DNA of 64,000 bases from Escherichia coli (lineage in GTDB: Bacteria; Pseudomonadota; Gammaproteobacteria; Enterobacterales; Enterobacteriaceae), in the NCBI RefSeq assembly GCF_003018255.1, contig NZ_CP027440.1; one strand, 5' to 3'. This document shows positions 18,860 to 29,881 of the stretch, one piece after another; the first letter of the stretch is position 1, and each line of letters starts with the position of its first letter. The notes under the pieces were generated by a model. The model saw nothing but the letters and a program-made list of their open reading frames with translations, did not search any database and was not told the origin of the DNA. The position numbers were made by a program, and so were the translations under genes.

Positions 18860-19765
18860 CTAATCGCCAAGTGGCTGGCGGTTAGCGCCCCCACGGTGGC
18901 TGTCTAACACCAGTTTTATCCGCCGCAGGCGATCTTTCGCCTGCGCTTTATTTGCCATTGCCAGTTCTGTTGCCAGTACATCGACCATGGCTAACATCGC
19001 GTAGCGGGAAGGGGTGGGCTTAAAGATGTAATCACTTTCCTGAACCAGTAACGGCAATACCAGATCCACCTGTTCCGCCAGCGGTGTTTGTGCTGGTGTA
19101 ATGGCAATAACACGCGCGCCATACTGACGGGCGATTGCCGCACTTTCGATGATTTCCGGTGTATAACCGCCCAGCGACAGTACAATCACCACATCCTGCG
19201 GCATCACTGCCGAGCACATCATTCTCATCATCAGGGCATCATTCTGACTGACCACCGGTAGCCCCAGACGGAATAAACGGTACTGAATCTCCTGTGAACA
19301 GATGGTGGAACCGCCGCCAGTTCCCAATGCAAGAATTTGCCGCGCCTGACTTAACCAGCTTACAGCCTGGCTGATGGCATTCATATCCAGCGAACGACGA
19401 TGCGTTTCCAGCACGCTAATAATCGCTTCGTAGATCCCCTGAACACCGTCAAGATCCGGTACATCGAGAATAAACCGCTGCCCGACAGCCAGTGACTGCG
19501 CCAGTTTGACTTTCAACTCGCGGACATCTTTGCACCCCAGTGCACGGGCAAAACGCGTCACCGACGCCTGACTGGTTTGCGTTAACCGCGCCAGCTCAGC
19601 AATGGGCAGTTCCACCGCGGCGGGGACATCATCAAGAATAAATTGTGCGATACGCTTTTCAGTGGCGGTTAACGCCATAAACCGTTCGGTAATACAGGAG
19701 ATGATATCGATGCTATAAGCCATAGGAGTATCACTGGTTCGAAGAAGATTGATACTTTGTACCAT
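18860..19765 (-). CDS. RpiR/MurR-family transcriptional regulator (N-terminal HTH + SIS sugar-phosphate-binding domain)
   Basis: LTATEKRIAQFILDD HTH region followed by a SIS-like domain; start uncertain (candidate ATGs at 19765, 19723, 19678). Confidence 0.75.
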   Translation of the reverse strand: MVQSINLLRTSDTPMAYSIDIISCITERFMALTATEKRIAQFILDDVPAAVELPIAELARLTQTSQASVTRFARALGCKDVRELKVKLAQSLAVGQRFILDVPDLDGVQGIYEAIISVLETHRRSLDMNAISQAVSWLSQARQILALGTGGGSTICSQEIQYRLFRLGLPVVSQNDALMMRMMCSAVMPQDVVIVLSLGGYTPEIIESAAIARQYGARVIAITPAQTPLAEQVDLVLPLLVQESDYIFKPTPSRYAMLAMVDVLATELAMANKAQAKDRLRRIKLVLDSHRGGANRQPLGD

Positions 19766-19846
19766 AAACTGCCGCTATAGAGTGTGACCCTCACAAAAAA
19801 CGCAAGTTTGCTGCAACAAAAGCAGTGCCGACGCTTTTCCACAGCA

Positions 19847-19873
19847 TAAAGTTTTCCACCACCAGGCCGACAA
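19847..19873 (+). promoter_or_regulatory. Sigma-28 (FliA) class III flagellar/chemotaxis promoter of tsr
   Basis: TAAAGTTT-N11-GCCGACAA matches the FliA consensus TAAAGTTT-N11-GCCGATAA; about 30 nt upstream of the tsr ATG. Confidence 0.55.
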
Positions 19874-19904
19874 CCAGTGTATCTGTCTAGTGGAAAGAGA
19901 AACC

Positions 19905-21569
19905 ATGTTAAAACGTATCAAGATCGTGACCAGCTTACTGCTGGTTTTGGCCGTTTTTGGCCTTTTACAACTGACATCAGGCGGTCTGTTCTTTAATGCC
20001 TTAAAGAATGACAAAGAAAATTTCACTGTTTTACAAACCATTCGCCAGCAGCAATCCACGCTGAATGGCAGCTGGGTTGCGTTGTTGCAGACGCGTAACA
20101 CCCTCAACCGCGCGGGTATCCGCTACATGATGGATCAGAATAATATTGGTAGCGGTTCAACCGTTGCTGAGCTGATGCAGAGTGCCAGTATTTCGCTGAA
20201 ACAGGCGGAAAAAAACTGGGCGGATTACGAAGCGTTGCCGCGTGACCCGCGTCAGAGCACCGCCGCAGCGTCAGAGATCAAACGTAATTACGATATTTAT
20301 CACAATGCGCTGGCGGAGCTGATCCAACTGTTAGGTGCAGGCAAAATCAACGAGTTCTTTGATCAACCGACCCAGGGATATCAGGACGGTTTCGAGAAGC
20401 AGTATGTGGCTTACATGGAGCAAAACGATCGGCTCTATGATATCGCCGTCAGCGATAACAATGCCTCCTACAGCCAGGCGATGTGGATTCTGGTAGGCGT
20501 GATGATCGTCGTACTGGCGGTCATCCTCGCCGTCTGGTTCGGTATTAAAGCCTCGCTGGTCGCGCCAATGAATCGCCTGATTGACAGCATTCGTCATATT
20601 GCAGGCGGCGATCTGGTGAAACCGATTGAGGTGGATGGCTCTAATGAGATGGGGCAACTGGCAGAGAGTTTGCGCCATATGCAGGGAGAGCTGATGCGTA
20701 CCGTCGGTGATGTGCGCAACGGGGCCAATGCCATCTATAGCGGTGCCAGCGAAATCGCCACCGGCAATAACGATCTCTCTTCGCGCACCGAGCAACAGGC
20801 CGCTTCGCTGGAAGAGACGGCAGCCAGCATGGAGCAACTGACCGCAACGGTGAAGCAGAACGCCGAAAATGCGCGTCAGGCCAGCCACCTGGCGTTAAGT
20901 GCTTCCGAAACGGCGCAACGCGGCGGCAAAGTGGTGGATAACGTGGTGCAGACTATGCGCGATATCTCCACCAGTTCGCAGAAAATCGCCGATATTATCA
21001 GCGTAATTGACGGTATTGCCTTCCAGACCAATATTCTGGCTTTGAACGCGGCGGTTGAAGCAGCGCGCGCGGGTGAGCAAGGGCGCGGTTTTGCGGTGGT
21101 TGCGGGAGAAGTGCGTAATCTGGCCCAGCGTAGCGCTCAGGCTGCTCGTGAAATTAAAAGCCTGATTGAAGACTCGGTGGGGAAAGTGGATGTTGGCTCT
21201 ACGCTGGTCGAAAGCGCCGGGGAAACAATGGCGGAGATTGTCAGTGCCGTGACCCGCGTGACGGACATTATGGGCGAAATTGCTTCTGCTTCTGATGAGC
21301 AGAGCCGTGGTATCGATCAGGTTGGCTTAGCGGTTGCTGAGATGGACCGGGTAACCCAACAAAACGCCGCGCTGGTGGAAGAATCTGCCGCTGCCGCCGC
21401 CGCGCTGGAAGAGCAGGCCAGTCGCCTGACCGAAGCAGTGGCAGTGTTCCGGATTCAGCAACAGCAGCAACAGCAGCGTGAAACATCGGCTGTAGTAAAA
21501 ACCGTGACGCCAGCTACGCCGCGTAAAATGGCCGTGGCAGATAGCGGCGAGAATTGGGAAACGTTTTAA
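19905..21569 (+). CDS. tsr: Methyl-accepting chemotaxis protein I, serine chemoreceptor Tsr (551 aa)
   Basis: [27 protein letters not shown]... with HAMP, methylation helices and C-terminal NWETF pentapeptide. Confidence 0.95.
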   Translation: MLKRIKIVTSLLLVLAVFGLLQLTSGGLFFNALKNDKENFTVLQTIRQQQSTLNGSWVALLQTRNTLNRAGIRYMMDQNNIGSGSTVAELMQSASISLKQAEKNWADYEALPRDPRQSTAAASEIKRNYDIYHNALAELIQLLGAGKINEFFDQPTQGYQDGFEKQYVAYMEQNDRLYDIAVSDNNASYSQAMWILVGVMIVVLAVILAVWFGIKASLVAPMNRLIDSIRHIAGGDLVKPIEVDGSNEMGQLAESLRHMQGELMRTVGDVRNGANAIYSGASEIATGNNDLSSRTEQQAASLEETAASMEQLTATVKQNAENARQASHLALSASETAQRGGKVVDNVVQTMRDISTSSQKIADIISVIDGIAFQTNILALNAAVEAARAGEQGRGFAVVAGEVRNLAQRSAQAAREIKSLIEDSVGKVDVGSTLVESAGETMAEIVSAVTRVTDIMGEIASASDEQSRGIDQVGLAVAEMDRVTQQNAALVEESAAAAAALEEQASRLTEAVAVFRIQQQQQQQRETSAVVKTVTPATPRKMAVADSGENWETF

Positions 21570-21574
21570 TCGCC

Positions 21575-21612
21575 ATAAAAATGCCCGATAAGCAAAATGT
21601 TATCGGGCATAG
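21575..21612. terminator. Hairpin terminator between convergent tsr and lgoT
   Basis: Perfect 11-bp stem ATGCCCGATAA/TTATCGGGCAT with 8-nt loop; A-run on plus side (U-run for minus-strand lgoT). Confidence 0.55.
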
Positions 21613-21617
21613 GGAGT

Positions 21618-22979
21618 TTAATCTTTACGCGGGTCGTTGATCGGCTGACGAACCAGGAAGATGTACGCCAGTGCCCCCGCTGCGGTGACGCAACCGCAGA
21701 TGATTAGTGCCAGACGGAATGAGTGGGTGGTATCAACAATAAAACCAGTAATGATCGGCGCGAAAGAGGCGCAGATGAAGCTGGCAAAGTTCTGGATACT
21801 GCCCACCGACGCCGTCATGCGAGAAGCAACTGCGACGTGGATCAAGCCCCAGCAGGATGTTCCGGCAAAGTGAATACAAAACAGTGCCATGCCAATCAGC
21901 AGAACCGCTGTCATGGATGTTGTCGCTTGCGGTACGACCAGCGTAAAGGCGGCAGAACAGAACATCCCGGCAATAATGCAGATCTTACGGCTTTTAATCG
22001 GAGCCATTCCCCCTTTGACCAGCCAGTCGGTAACGTAACCGTTGACCAGCATCCCGGCAGCCCCAAACAGGAAAGGGATAGCCGCCATCAACCCTGTGCT
22101 TTTTAAATCCAGGTTATAGGCTGTTTGCAGGTAACCAGGAAGCCAGGCCAGATACAGCCACGCAGTGTAGTTGATGCCACTGAATCCGATCATCATTCCC
22201 CACATTGTGCGGTTACGGAACAGGCTGCGCCATTCGGCAAAACTGAGCGGATCTCGGCGGGCATTGACGCTACCAGCATTGAGGTAAGCTTGTTCAACGG
22301 CAGTCAGTTCTACGTGCTCGCGGTTGCGATAGAGCATATACCAGCCAATGGCGAGAAAAATCCCCAGCACACCAATGGTAATAAACATCCCACGCCAGCC
22401 CATCACCAGCATCATCGCCGCCAGAATCGGTGGGCTTACGGCAACGCCAATAGTAGAAGCTGCGTTGAAGAAGCCCATCGGGCGTCCGCGCTCTTTGATG
22501 TTGAACCAGTCGTTAATGACTTTTACACCGCATGGGTTCATCGGCGCTTCACCAATCCCCATACCGATACGCACCAACACGAACTGCGTAAAGCTGTGCA
22601 CCATGCCAGACATGGCCTGGAACAGTGACCAGAAGAACATCCCCAGTCCCAGCATCAGGCGTGGGCCTTTACGATCCAATAGTGGGCCGCAAGGAAGTTG
22701 CGCAATCCCGTAAGCGAGTGAAAACACGGAGAGCAAAGCGCCGATTTCGGTAGCACTTAATCCCAATTCTTCACGAATCGTTAAATTTGCAACCGACAGC
22801 GAACTGCGGTCGAGATAATTGATTACCGCCGCAAAAAATAATAACAACATGGCGGTGGTTTGAATGCGTTTAATTCGGGTACTGCGTTGAACTAATCCAT
22901 CTGGTGGCACGGGAATATCTGCCGACGAAGATGGAGTAAATGAAGAACGCGGATCGAGGGTGATATTTTCTTTTTCCAC
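21618..22979 (-). CDS. lgoT: MFS transporter, L-galactonate:H+ symporter LgoT (YjiZ)
   Basis: 453-aa MFS protein; GTG start at 22977-22979 preceded by AGGAG. Confidence 0.9.
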   Translation of the reverse strand: MEKENITLDPRSSFTPSSSADIPVPPDGLVQRSTRIKRIQTTAMLLLFFAAVINYLDRSSLSVANLTIREELGLSATEIGALLSVFSLAYGIAQLPCGPLLDRKGPRLMLGLGMFFWSLFQAMSGMVHSFTQFVLVRIGMGIGEAPMNPCGVKVINDWFNIKERGRPMGFFNAASTIGVAVSPPILAAMMLVMGWRGMFITIGVLGIFLAIGWYMLYRNREHVELTAVEQAYLNAGSVNARRDPLSFAEWRSLFRNRTMWGMMIGFSGINYTAWLYLAWLPGYLQTAYNLDLKSTGLMAAIPFLFGAAGMLVNGYVTDWLVKGGMAPIKSRKICIIAGMFCSAAFTLVVPQATTSMTAVLLIGMALFCIHFAGTSCWGLIHVAVASRMTASVGSIQNFASFICASFAPIITGFIVDTTHSFRLALIICGCVTAAGALAYIFLVRQPINDPRKD

Positions 22980-23193
22980 GCCGGACTCCTGTATTTATAA
23001 TTTTAATTGTTTACGTAATTGTGCATTACGCAAGGTTGACATTAACGGCAGGTTAAAGTTTTAGGACTTTACTACCGCTCACAAAAACATTTTTAGTCGA
23101 CTGATTGTGAGCATAGGTAAGCGGGAATTTCCCGGTATTTATCTTTTGATAAAACCGTGCACCCGCTAATAGTTTGCTGTTTTTAATCCGTAC

Positions 23194-24108
23194 TTAATGA
23201 GCATAACGCGTGTTCTCATTAATGGATCGAATCATTGATTGTTTAGCTGAATTCAAATGGTTACGGAGCGCAAGGGTGGCATCAAGGTCACTGCGGCAAA
23301 TCAGAGCACTGAGAATGGTCATATGCTCATCGACGGCAATGATATTGCGCTGTTTAAGATCGCTTTCGTCCCATTGATAGTGAAAATGAAAGATGACTGA
23401 GATGATCTCAAGCGATTGATCAAAAAAGATATTGTCGGCAGCTGAAAGCAGTAAGGAGTGAAAATCTCTGTCAAGTTGCGAGAACATGCGAAAGCTATTG
23501 CCGATGTTGTCACGCAGTAGCCGATGACGTTCGAGCATGGTTTTCGCCTGCAGCCAGCGGGGATCATGATCAGGCAGGTTGAGAAAGTGCTGAAGTGAAT
23601 GTGTTTCGAGCATTTCGCGTAGCTCAAACAGCTGCTCGGCGTAGGATTGATCGAATTGCTTCATGCTCCACTGGCCGCGCTTTTCGCTTTGAATAAGATT
23701 ATAACGGCCGAATTTTAAAAGATATTCTCTTACAACCACCGGGCTGACACCCGCGGCCCGCGCCAGTTGCAGTTCAGAAAAAGTTTCCCCAGGGCGTAAC
23801 TGACGCTGGTTTATCATCGTGAAAAAAGCCTGCTCAAACACTTTGTTTTGTTCACTCATTGAAGCGGTAGTACAGGCGAAACCGTCATCATGGTCAGGTT
23901 TACGCGCAATAACATAGTCGTTTCCAACCTGCGTTAAGACGCCGCATTCGCGTAAGTGGCTGAGAATATGACGCACTGTAGTGCGGCTGATGTTGTACAT
24001 TTCCGCCAGCGCACTTTGCGATGGAAGTGGGGAAGGGATATGACCCCGCGCCATATCATCAATGACCTGGTTAATCACATTGTGGCGTAAATTTTGTGAA
24101 CGACTCAT
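23194..24108 (-). CDS. lgoR: GntR-family regulator of L-galactonate catabolism LgoR (YjjM)
   Basis: 304 aa with N-terminal HTH; ATG preceded by AAGGAGGA. Confidence 0.9.
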   Translation of the reverse strand: MSRSQNLRHNVINQVIDDMARGHIPSPLPSQSALAEMYNISRTTVRHILSHLRECGVLTQVGNDYVIARKPDHDDGFACTTASMSEQNKVFEQAFFTMINQRQLRPGETFSELQLARAAGVSPVVVREYLLKFGRYNLIQSEKRGQWSMKQFDQSYAEQLFELREMLETHSLQHFLNLPDHDPRWLQAKTMLERHRLLRDNIGNSFRMFSQLDRDFHSLLLSAADNIFFDQSLEIISVIFHFHYQWDESDLKQRNIIAVDEHMTILSALICRSDLDATLALRNHLNSAKQSMIRSINENTRYAH

Positions 24109-24246
24109 ATTTTCCTCCTTGTGAGTCCATTAAAACCCGATTTAAAACATTTTTATGCGTGTGTTTTCACAAAACAGATTTTCCGTTCCGCTGCCATTTT
24201 TCATTTTCATTGATATCTAAGGCAACAAAAAATGGAGAGCCGAATC

Positions 24247-25269
24247 ATGTCTACGATGAATGTTTTAATTTGCCAGCAGCCGAAAGAATTAGTCTGGAAA
24301 CAACGCGAGATACCTATTCCGGGTGACAATGAAGCATTAATAAAAATTAAGTCTGTCGGGATTTGCGGTACCGATATACATGCCTGGGGTGGAAATCAAC
24401 CATTTTTTAGTTATCCACGTGTTTTAGGCCATGAAATATGTGGGGAGATTGTTGGGCTGGGTAAAAATATTGCTGATCTTAAAAATGGTCAGCAAGTTGC
24501 TGTGATCCCTTATGTTGCCTGTCAGCAATGCCCTGCATGTAAAAGCGGTCGTACCAATTGCTGTGAAAAAATTTCAGTTATTGGCGTGCATCAGGATGGT
24601 GGTTTTAGTGAGTATTTGAGCGTGCCGGTGGAGAACATTTTGCCCGCAGACGGTATTGACCCGCAGGCGGCAGCATTGATTGAACCTTTCGCTATTAGCG
24701 CTCATGCGGTGCGTCGCGCAGCCATTGCTCCCGGCGAGCAGGTGCTGGTGGTCGGGGCGGGGCCAATCGGTCTGGGCGCGGCGGCAATCGCTAAAGCCGA
24801 TGGCGCACAGGTGGTAGTGGCGGATACCAGTCCGGCGCGCCGTGAACATGTGGCAACGCGTCTGGAATTACCTGTACTGGACCCGTCAGCCGAAGATTTT
24901 GACGCGCAGCTGCGGGCGCAGTTTGGTGGTTCGCTGGCGCAGAAAGTGATCGACGCGACAGGTAATCAACATGCGATGAATAACACCGTAAATCTGATTC
25001 GTCACGGCGGCACGGTGGTATTTGTCGGTCTGTTTAAAGGTGAGTTGCAGTTCTCCGATCCGGAATTCCATAAAAAAGAAACGACGATGATGGGCAGCCG
25101 CAACGCCACGCCGGAAGATTTCGCTAAAGTCGGTCGATTGATGGCGGAAGGGAAAATCACTGCCGACATGATGTTAACCCATCGCTACCCGTTCGCCACG
25201 CTGGCAGAAACCTACGAACGTGATGTGATTAACAATCGTGAGTTGATTAAGGGTGTAATTACTTTCTGA
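24247..25269 (+). CDS. lgoD: L-galactonate-5-dehydrogenase LgoD (YjjN), zinc-type alcohol dehydrogenase
   Basis: MSTMNVLICQQPKELVWKQREIPIPG...GICGTDIHAW; 340 aa from ATG at 24247 (an in-frame ATG at 24232 is also possible). Confidence 0.9.
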   Translation: MSTMNVLICQQPKELVWKQREIPIPGDNEALIKIKSVGICGTDIHAWGGNQPFFSYPRVLGHEICGEIVGLGKNIADLKNGQQVAVIPYVACQQCPACKSGRTNCCEKISVIGVHQDGGFSEYLSVPVENILPADGIDPQAAALIEPFAISAHAVRRAAIAPGEQVLVVGAGPIGLGAAAIAKADGAQVVVADTSPARREHVATRLELPVLDPSAEDFDAQLRAQFGGSLAQKVIDATGNQHAMNNTVNLIRHGGTVVFVGLFKGELQFSDPEFHKKETTMMGSRNATPEDFAKVGRLMAEGKITADMMLTHRYPFATLAETYERDVINNRELIKGVITF

Positions 25270-25296
25270 TAAGGCGAGATTATTAAAGTTGCCATG

Positions 25297-25331
25297 CAGC
25301 GTCCGGGGAAGTGTTGGGCGCTGTTTTTTTT
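25297..25331 (+). terminator. Rho-independent terminator after lgoD
   Basis: Stem CAGCG...CGCTG followed by T8. Confidence 0.6.
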
Positions 25332-25355
25332 GTTTCTTAATAGTGTGTTGTAAGC

Positions 25356-25395
25356 CGGAGAAGGCGTGTAGGCCGCACCTTATGCGACCTACACA
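25356..25395. repeat. REP-like palindromic unit(s)
   Basis: CCGGAGAAGGCGTGTAGGCCGCACCTTATGCGACCTACAC resembles REP palindromic units. Confidence 0.4.
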
Positions 25396-25406
25396 TCAGT
25401 CAGGAA

Positions 25407-27698
25407 TTACCCTTCACGTTCTACCACTTTAATCTCCACCATGCCGATCCCGAGCTTACGCGGCGAGTGTCCGAGGATATTCCCTTCGTTGGTTGAGACA
25501 GGTTCCGGCGGCACAATTACCAGCGTGTCGGCATCGGTTGGGTTATCGAAATGCAGCGTGGTGGTGGTCACTTCATTGCCCAGCACAAGAGTTTGTTCTT
25601 CATTGCCTACGCGTACCGGAATAGGACGGCTGGCGTTATTGCCGTATGCTTTGGCGGTAATCACCAGGTCAAATTTCTTCGGCAGCGGATGCTTGTACTC
25701 GATTTTTACTTCGTCGCCCAGTTGCGCGTTGGACCAGCGGCCCCACGACTCCGGACGGGAAATTCCGCTAAACTGTTTCACCTCTTCTGGCGCACCGGCG
25801 ACGTTAAAGATGAAACTGTCGGCTTTGTAGCGAATATCGTTATCAACAATCTTCAGCGTATCGACATTGCCTTTGTAACGCGCCATGTCGATGACCGTAT
25901 CTTTAAATGCCGTTTTGCCCTTCCATGTTGTTTTGTCAACATGCTGGACAATTTGCTGACCGCCAAGCTGCCCTTGCGAGACACACCAGTCGGTGGAAAG
26001 TGCCAGTTCCGGAGCCCAGAGTTGTGCCATCTTATAGCAACGGTCAACCCAGACGAAATTGTCGCGTGGAGCGAAATCGGCCAGCTGGAAACGCAGCGGT
26101 GCTGAGTATTCGCTTTCCGGCAGCGGTTCCACGCGTTTGTCTGAAACCCGCAACAGCAGCGGCAAACGGAAATGGCTACCCGAGAAGGCAATCATGTTTT
26201 TCTGCTGGTCGATGGTGAACTCTTTCATCTCTTTAGGGAATTTCCACAGGCGGATGATATCTGGCTTCCACGCCAATGTTTTCTCTTTGATATTGAGGAA
26301 GATTTCCGACATCGACTGCCCGGATAAACTGCTACGACCAAGTCCGAGATAGTTATCGCCACCGAGAATGTCCAGCACCGTCGCGCCGTTATCCATCGTG
26401 TTACGCTTCACTGCCAGCGTCTCTTGCTGCGGCTTGTCGCCACGGATGACAAAAAACAGGTTATTGCGATCCTGCTTATTGAGGTATTTCCACGCCGTGT
26501 TGTTCATCGCTAAATGGTCAGAAGAGACGACGATGACGGTATCTTTAAACCACGGTGACGCTTTGATTTTGTTGATAAACGTCGCGATATTCTCCTGACT
26601 GCAACTTACCGCGCTGAATGACTGATTCGGCTTACCGTCAAAATCATATTTTTTGCGGTTACAGGTACGCGAGATAAAACCATCCGGGTGATGGGTATCG
26701 ACTGTCAGGGTAAACAGTGAGAATCGCTGACCTGAGCGGGAAAGCTCTTCAAACTTTTTCCACGCTTCATCGAGAACGGTATCGTCGTAGAATCCCCAGT
26801 CGTTGCGATAGTGCGGGTCGGCCACCACGCTTTTCAGCTCTTCTGAGCCGTATAAGTTGTCGAAGCCGTGCGATTTCAGGAACACATCTTTACCGGCAAA
26901 ACGCAGATTCGCGCCCTGCACGAAATAGTTCTGATAACCCGAGTTTTTCAGGATATCGCCCAGACAGATGTTCTGCGGGAAGAAGCTGGAGACAGAGGCG
27001 GAGGCGTTGCCTTCAAAGGGGGCAAACAGCGGTATGCCACACTGAGAAGCCACCATGCCTGCAATCGTGTAATCCGTTCCCGGCAGCTGCTGCGTGTGGC
27101 TGAAATCCAGGCCTTCATTTTTCAACGCGCCCAGTTCAGGCGTGAGATCCGGGAAAGCTTCGTTATCAAAATAGGTCCGCTCGAGACTTTCGCCGTAGAT
27201 ATAAACCAGGTTGAGTTTCGGGTCAGGGATAGTTTTCGACGGCTCTTTATAATAAGCCGCAAAGTCCGGGTCGCCGTCGCGTGACTGGGATTTCACCAGT
27301 TCCGTTATCTGACGAAATGCCGGGCTGGCATCCACTGAACCCAGCGCCAGTAAGAGTGCCAGCAGGCTGTAACCAAAATGGTGCGGATGATGACGACGAC
27401 GGCGCAGGATCCAGCCCAGCGCACCGAACACTGCCGTCAGCCCCAGCACAATGCCGATACCAGGCAGGATGTATTTGCTGACACCAGCACCGGTCAGGCT
27501 GTTGGTTAAGGTATAGAGAACCGCGTCGTTAATACCATCGCCAGTAAAATAGTCGCTGGCAAACAGGGTGATATTTAAAACGACAAATAGCCCCAGTACC
27601 GTTAATGTGGCTGCAAACCACCAGGTGTTACGTCCCGCTTTCCATGCGTAAATCAGCACAGAGGCGAGAAAAAGGGCGAAAGAGAGTAGTTCTGACAA
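25407..27698 (-). CDS. opgB: Phosphoglycerol transferase I OpgB (MdoB), 763 aa
   Basis: [28 protein letters not shown]... sulfatase-like domain; TTG start at 27696-27698 preceded by GAGGA. Confidence 0.9.
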   Translation of the reverse strand: MSELLSFALFLASVLIYAWKAGRNTWWFAATLTVLGLFVVLNITLFASDYFTGDGINDAVLYTLTNSLTGAGVSKYILPGIGIVLGLTAVFGALGWILRRRRHHPHHFGYSLLALLLALGSVDASPAFRQITELVKSQSRDGDPDFAAYYKEPSKTIPDPKLNLVYIYGESLERTYFDNEAFPDLTPELGALKNEGLDFSHTQQLPGTDYTIAGMVASQCGIPLFAPFEGNASASVSSFFPQNICLGDILKNSGYQNYFVQGANLRFAGKDVFLKSHGFDNLYGSEELKSVVADPHYRNDWGFYDDTVLDEAWKKFEELSRSGQRFSLFTLTVDTHHPDGFISRTCNRKKYDFDGKPNQSFSAVSCSQENIATFINKIKASPWFKDTVIVVSSDHLAMNNTAWKYLNKQDRNNLFFVIRGDKPQQETLAVKRNTMDNGATVLDILGGDNYLGLGRSSLSGQSMSEIFLNIKEKTLAWKPDIIRLWKFPKEMKEFTIDQQKNMIAFSGSHFRLPLLLRVSDKRVEPLPESEYSAPLRFQLADFAPRDNFVWVDRCYKMAQLWAPELALSTDWCVSQGQLGGQQIVQHVDKTTWKGKTAFKDTVIDMARYKGNVDTLKIVDNDIRYKADSFIFNVAGAPEEVKQFSGISRPESWGRWSNAQLGDEVKIEYKHPLPKKFDLVITAKAYGNNASRPIPVRVGNEEQTLVLGNEVTTTTLHFDNPTDADTLVIVPPEPVSTNEGNILGHSPRKLGIGMVEIKVVEREG

Positions 27699-27951
27699 CG
27701 GGCGATCCTCACTAAACCGGGCCGTTTAGCCAACGTTTAAGCTTTTTGAGAAGCACAATGTAATGGCGTCGCCATATTGCTGCAATTCTAGTGTCAAAAA
27801 AATGCGATGTTGTTAGGAATTAGTTTATAAACAGACTTTTTTGATTACGGTCGCTTCCCGTGTAACAGGGGGAAAACCGTCCAGGAGCAGGGAAAAGGGC
27901 AGGAGAGAGCCGCGTCAGCCGGGTAACAGCTAAAACGCGGCATTTCGCGGT

Positions 27952-28449
27952 TCAGGAAATGAAGTTCAGCCCCTGCTTTAACACCAGATCGCAGGCTTTG
28001 GTTTTCACCTTTTCTGCCAGCGGAGTCGTTCCAATATTATCCAGATTGAGTTGCTGACCATCTTTGGTTTTCAGCAAACCCTGAATGCCATCCAGATAGT
28101 TGGTGTCTTCTTTTTGCTCTTCACTGTTCAGGCCCAGTTTTTCCAGTACCTGATTCTTGATGTTTTCGACATCGGTTACCGAAGCCAGCTTTTGCTTCGC
28201 GCAGTATTGCAGAATGCCTGCGGCATTGTTCATGTTATCTGCGCTTAAGGCCTGGTTTCCGCTGCTAAGCAAGTTAGTTAATGACGCGAGCGACCAACCG
28301 CCTTCCTGTGTCGTGCTGTTTTGGTTGCCAAGTTCGCTGGCGGCGCTGGAGAGCGCATCTTTCCAGGACGCAGCATGCACCCCGGTGGAAATTAATGCGC
28401 TGGCGGCAATGGCACAGCACAGAAGATGTTTAATAGTTTTCATCATCAT
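27952..28449 (-). CDS. yjjA: DUF2501 secreted protein YjjA
   Basis: Signal-peptide-like N-terminus MMMKTIKHLLCCAIAASALISTGVHA; conserved position upstream of dnaC. Confidence 0.8.
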   Translation of the reverse strand: MMMKTIKHLLCCAIAASALISTGVHAASWKDALSSAASELGNQNSTTQEGGWSLASLTNLLSSGNQALSADNMNNAAGILQYCAKQKLASVTDVENIKNQVLEKLGLNSEEQKEDTNYLDGIQGLLKTKDGQQLNLDNIGTTPLAEKVKTKACDLVLKQGLNFIS

Positions 28450-28494
28450 TACTCAAGGTGGAATTGTGTCGCAGTATACCGCCAGAAACGGGGA

Positions 28495-29232
28495 TTAATA
28501 CTCTTTACCCGTTACCCGGCTACGGTAGCTATCCCAGTTGAAGATCACCCACAAACTGTTACCCAGGCGCATACGGTCCATCACGCGTTCGCCCAGCAAC
28601 TTGGTCATCTCTTCCATATTACTGTTGGTCAGCATCCCGGTTGGGCGTTTGGAAGAAGAGCGGCGATCGACGATCTGGTTGATGATCACTTTTTCGTATT
28701 TCGATTCGGTCTGCACGCCGATCTCATCGATCACCAGCAGATCAACGTTGCTCAGATCGTTAAGCAGTTGTTCTTCGCTGGTACCGCTATTCCTGAAGGT
28801 ATCTTTCATCGCCGACATAATATCGGCCACGGTGATGATCAATACGGATTTACCGCGTAGCAGCAGCTCGTTGCAGATTGCCGCCGCCAGATGGTTTTTG
28901 CCGGTTCCGGGCTTGCCAGAAAAGATGAAGCTGGCGATGTTGCCGTCAAACTCTTCGACATACTGGCGCGCTTTGCTTAACGCATTCATCTGCCCTTCAC
29001 ACTCAACGCGATAGTTCTCAAAGGAGCAGTTCTGATGCAGTGGACGAATACCGGAGCGGTTAAAGGTGCGCTGCATTTTCATCGCCCGATTTTCACGTTC
29101 GAGAGCGGCGGAGCGGATCGCTCCTTGTTCTTTCTGCCAGGCCAGTAGTTCTTCACCCGTTTTGAACGCAGGTTTGATATGGGCAGGCATCATTTTTTGC
29201 AGGCGTTGCATCAGGTCGCCAACGTTTTTCAT
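28495..29232 (-). CDS. dnaC: DNA replication helicase loader DnaC
   Basis: 245 aa, AAA+ Walker A GKPGTGKNHLAAAI. Confidence 0.95.
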   Translation of the reverse strand: MKNVGDLMQRLQKMMPAHIKPAFKTGEELLAWQKEQGAIRSAALERENRAMKMQRTFNRSGIRPLHQNCSFENYRVECEGQMNALSKARQYVEEFDGNIASFIFSGKPGTGKNHLAAAICNELLLRGKSVLIITVADIMSAMKDTFRNSGTSEEQLLNDLSNVDLLVIDEIGVQTESKYEKVIINQIVDRRSSSKRPTGMLTNSNMEEMTKLLGERVMDRMRLGNSLWVIFNWDSYRSRVTGKEY

Positions 29233-29234
29233 CG

Positions 29235-29774
29235 TTACCCTCTGAATCCTGGTGGAATTTGGCTGTCAGGTTCGCTGACCGTATTCACATCTCGTTTCGG
29301 CAGTCCGCCGTTGCTGGCACGGCCGATTTGCAGGCTGCGCGCCAGTTTTTGTTGCCACTGTACATGGTGAAAGACTTTACCTTCCGCCTGCCAGTAGGCA
29401 ATGAATGAGGCCAGTTCTTCGGTGGTCACCGGCTCTCTTAGCGCCACGCCCCATAGCGCCGCCAGGCGGATAAAGTCGGCATCGGGTTGCCAGTCCGGAT
29501 ACATGGCGAATTTCCCCATGGGTACAGCAACGGGAGCGGCTTGCGGTTCCTGATAGAGTTGATCGTCCAGAGCGACATCGCTTCCCGGACGCGCCAGCTT
29601 TTCTTCCAGCGCCAGCAGTTCAGCCAGGCGTGCAGGCGTGACGGCATAAAACGCCGGGGCGTTGTTGTCAAATACGGCAACCACACCGCCTTCAGCTTTT
29701 GCCAGAACGGTTTGGTGATCGTGTACCAGGGCGTCAATACCAACGACGTCCGGGGTCAAAACTCTGGAAGACAT
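29235..29774 (-). CDS. dnaT: Primosomal protein DnaT
   Basis: [32 protein letters not shown]... 179 aa from ATG at 29772-29774. Confidence 0.9.
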   Translation of the reverse strand: MSSRVLTPDVVGIDALVHDHQTVLAKAEGGVVAVFDNNAPAFYAVTPARLAELLALEEKLARPGSDVALDDQLYQEPQAAPVAVPMGKFAMYPDWQPDADFIRLAALWGVALREPVTTEELASFIAYWQAEGKVFHHVQWQQKLARSLQIGRASNGGLPKRDVNTVSEPDSQIPPGFRG

Positions 29775-29881
29775 ACTGTTTCTCAAATATGGAACGATGA
29801 ACGAGAAGGGAGATAACTTTTATAGTAACACACGGAGGAGAGGAGGCTGTCTCTCATCCGCGTGCTTTAAGTGAGGCAATT

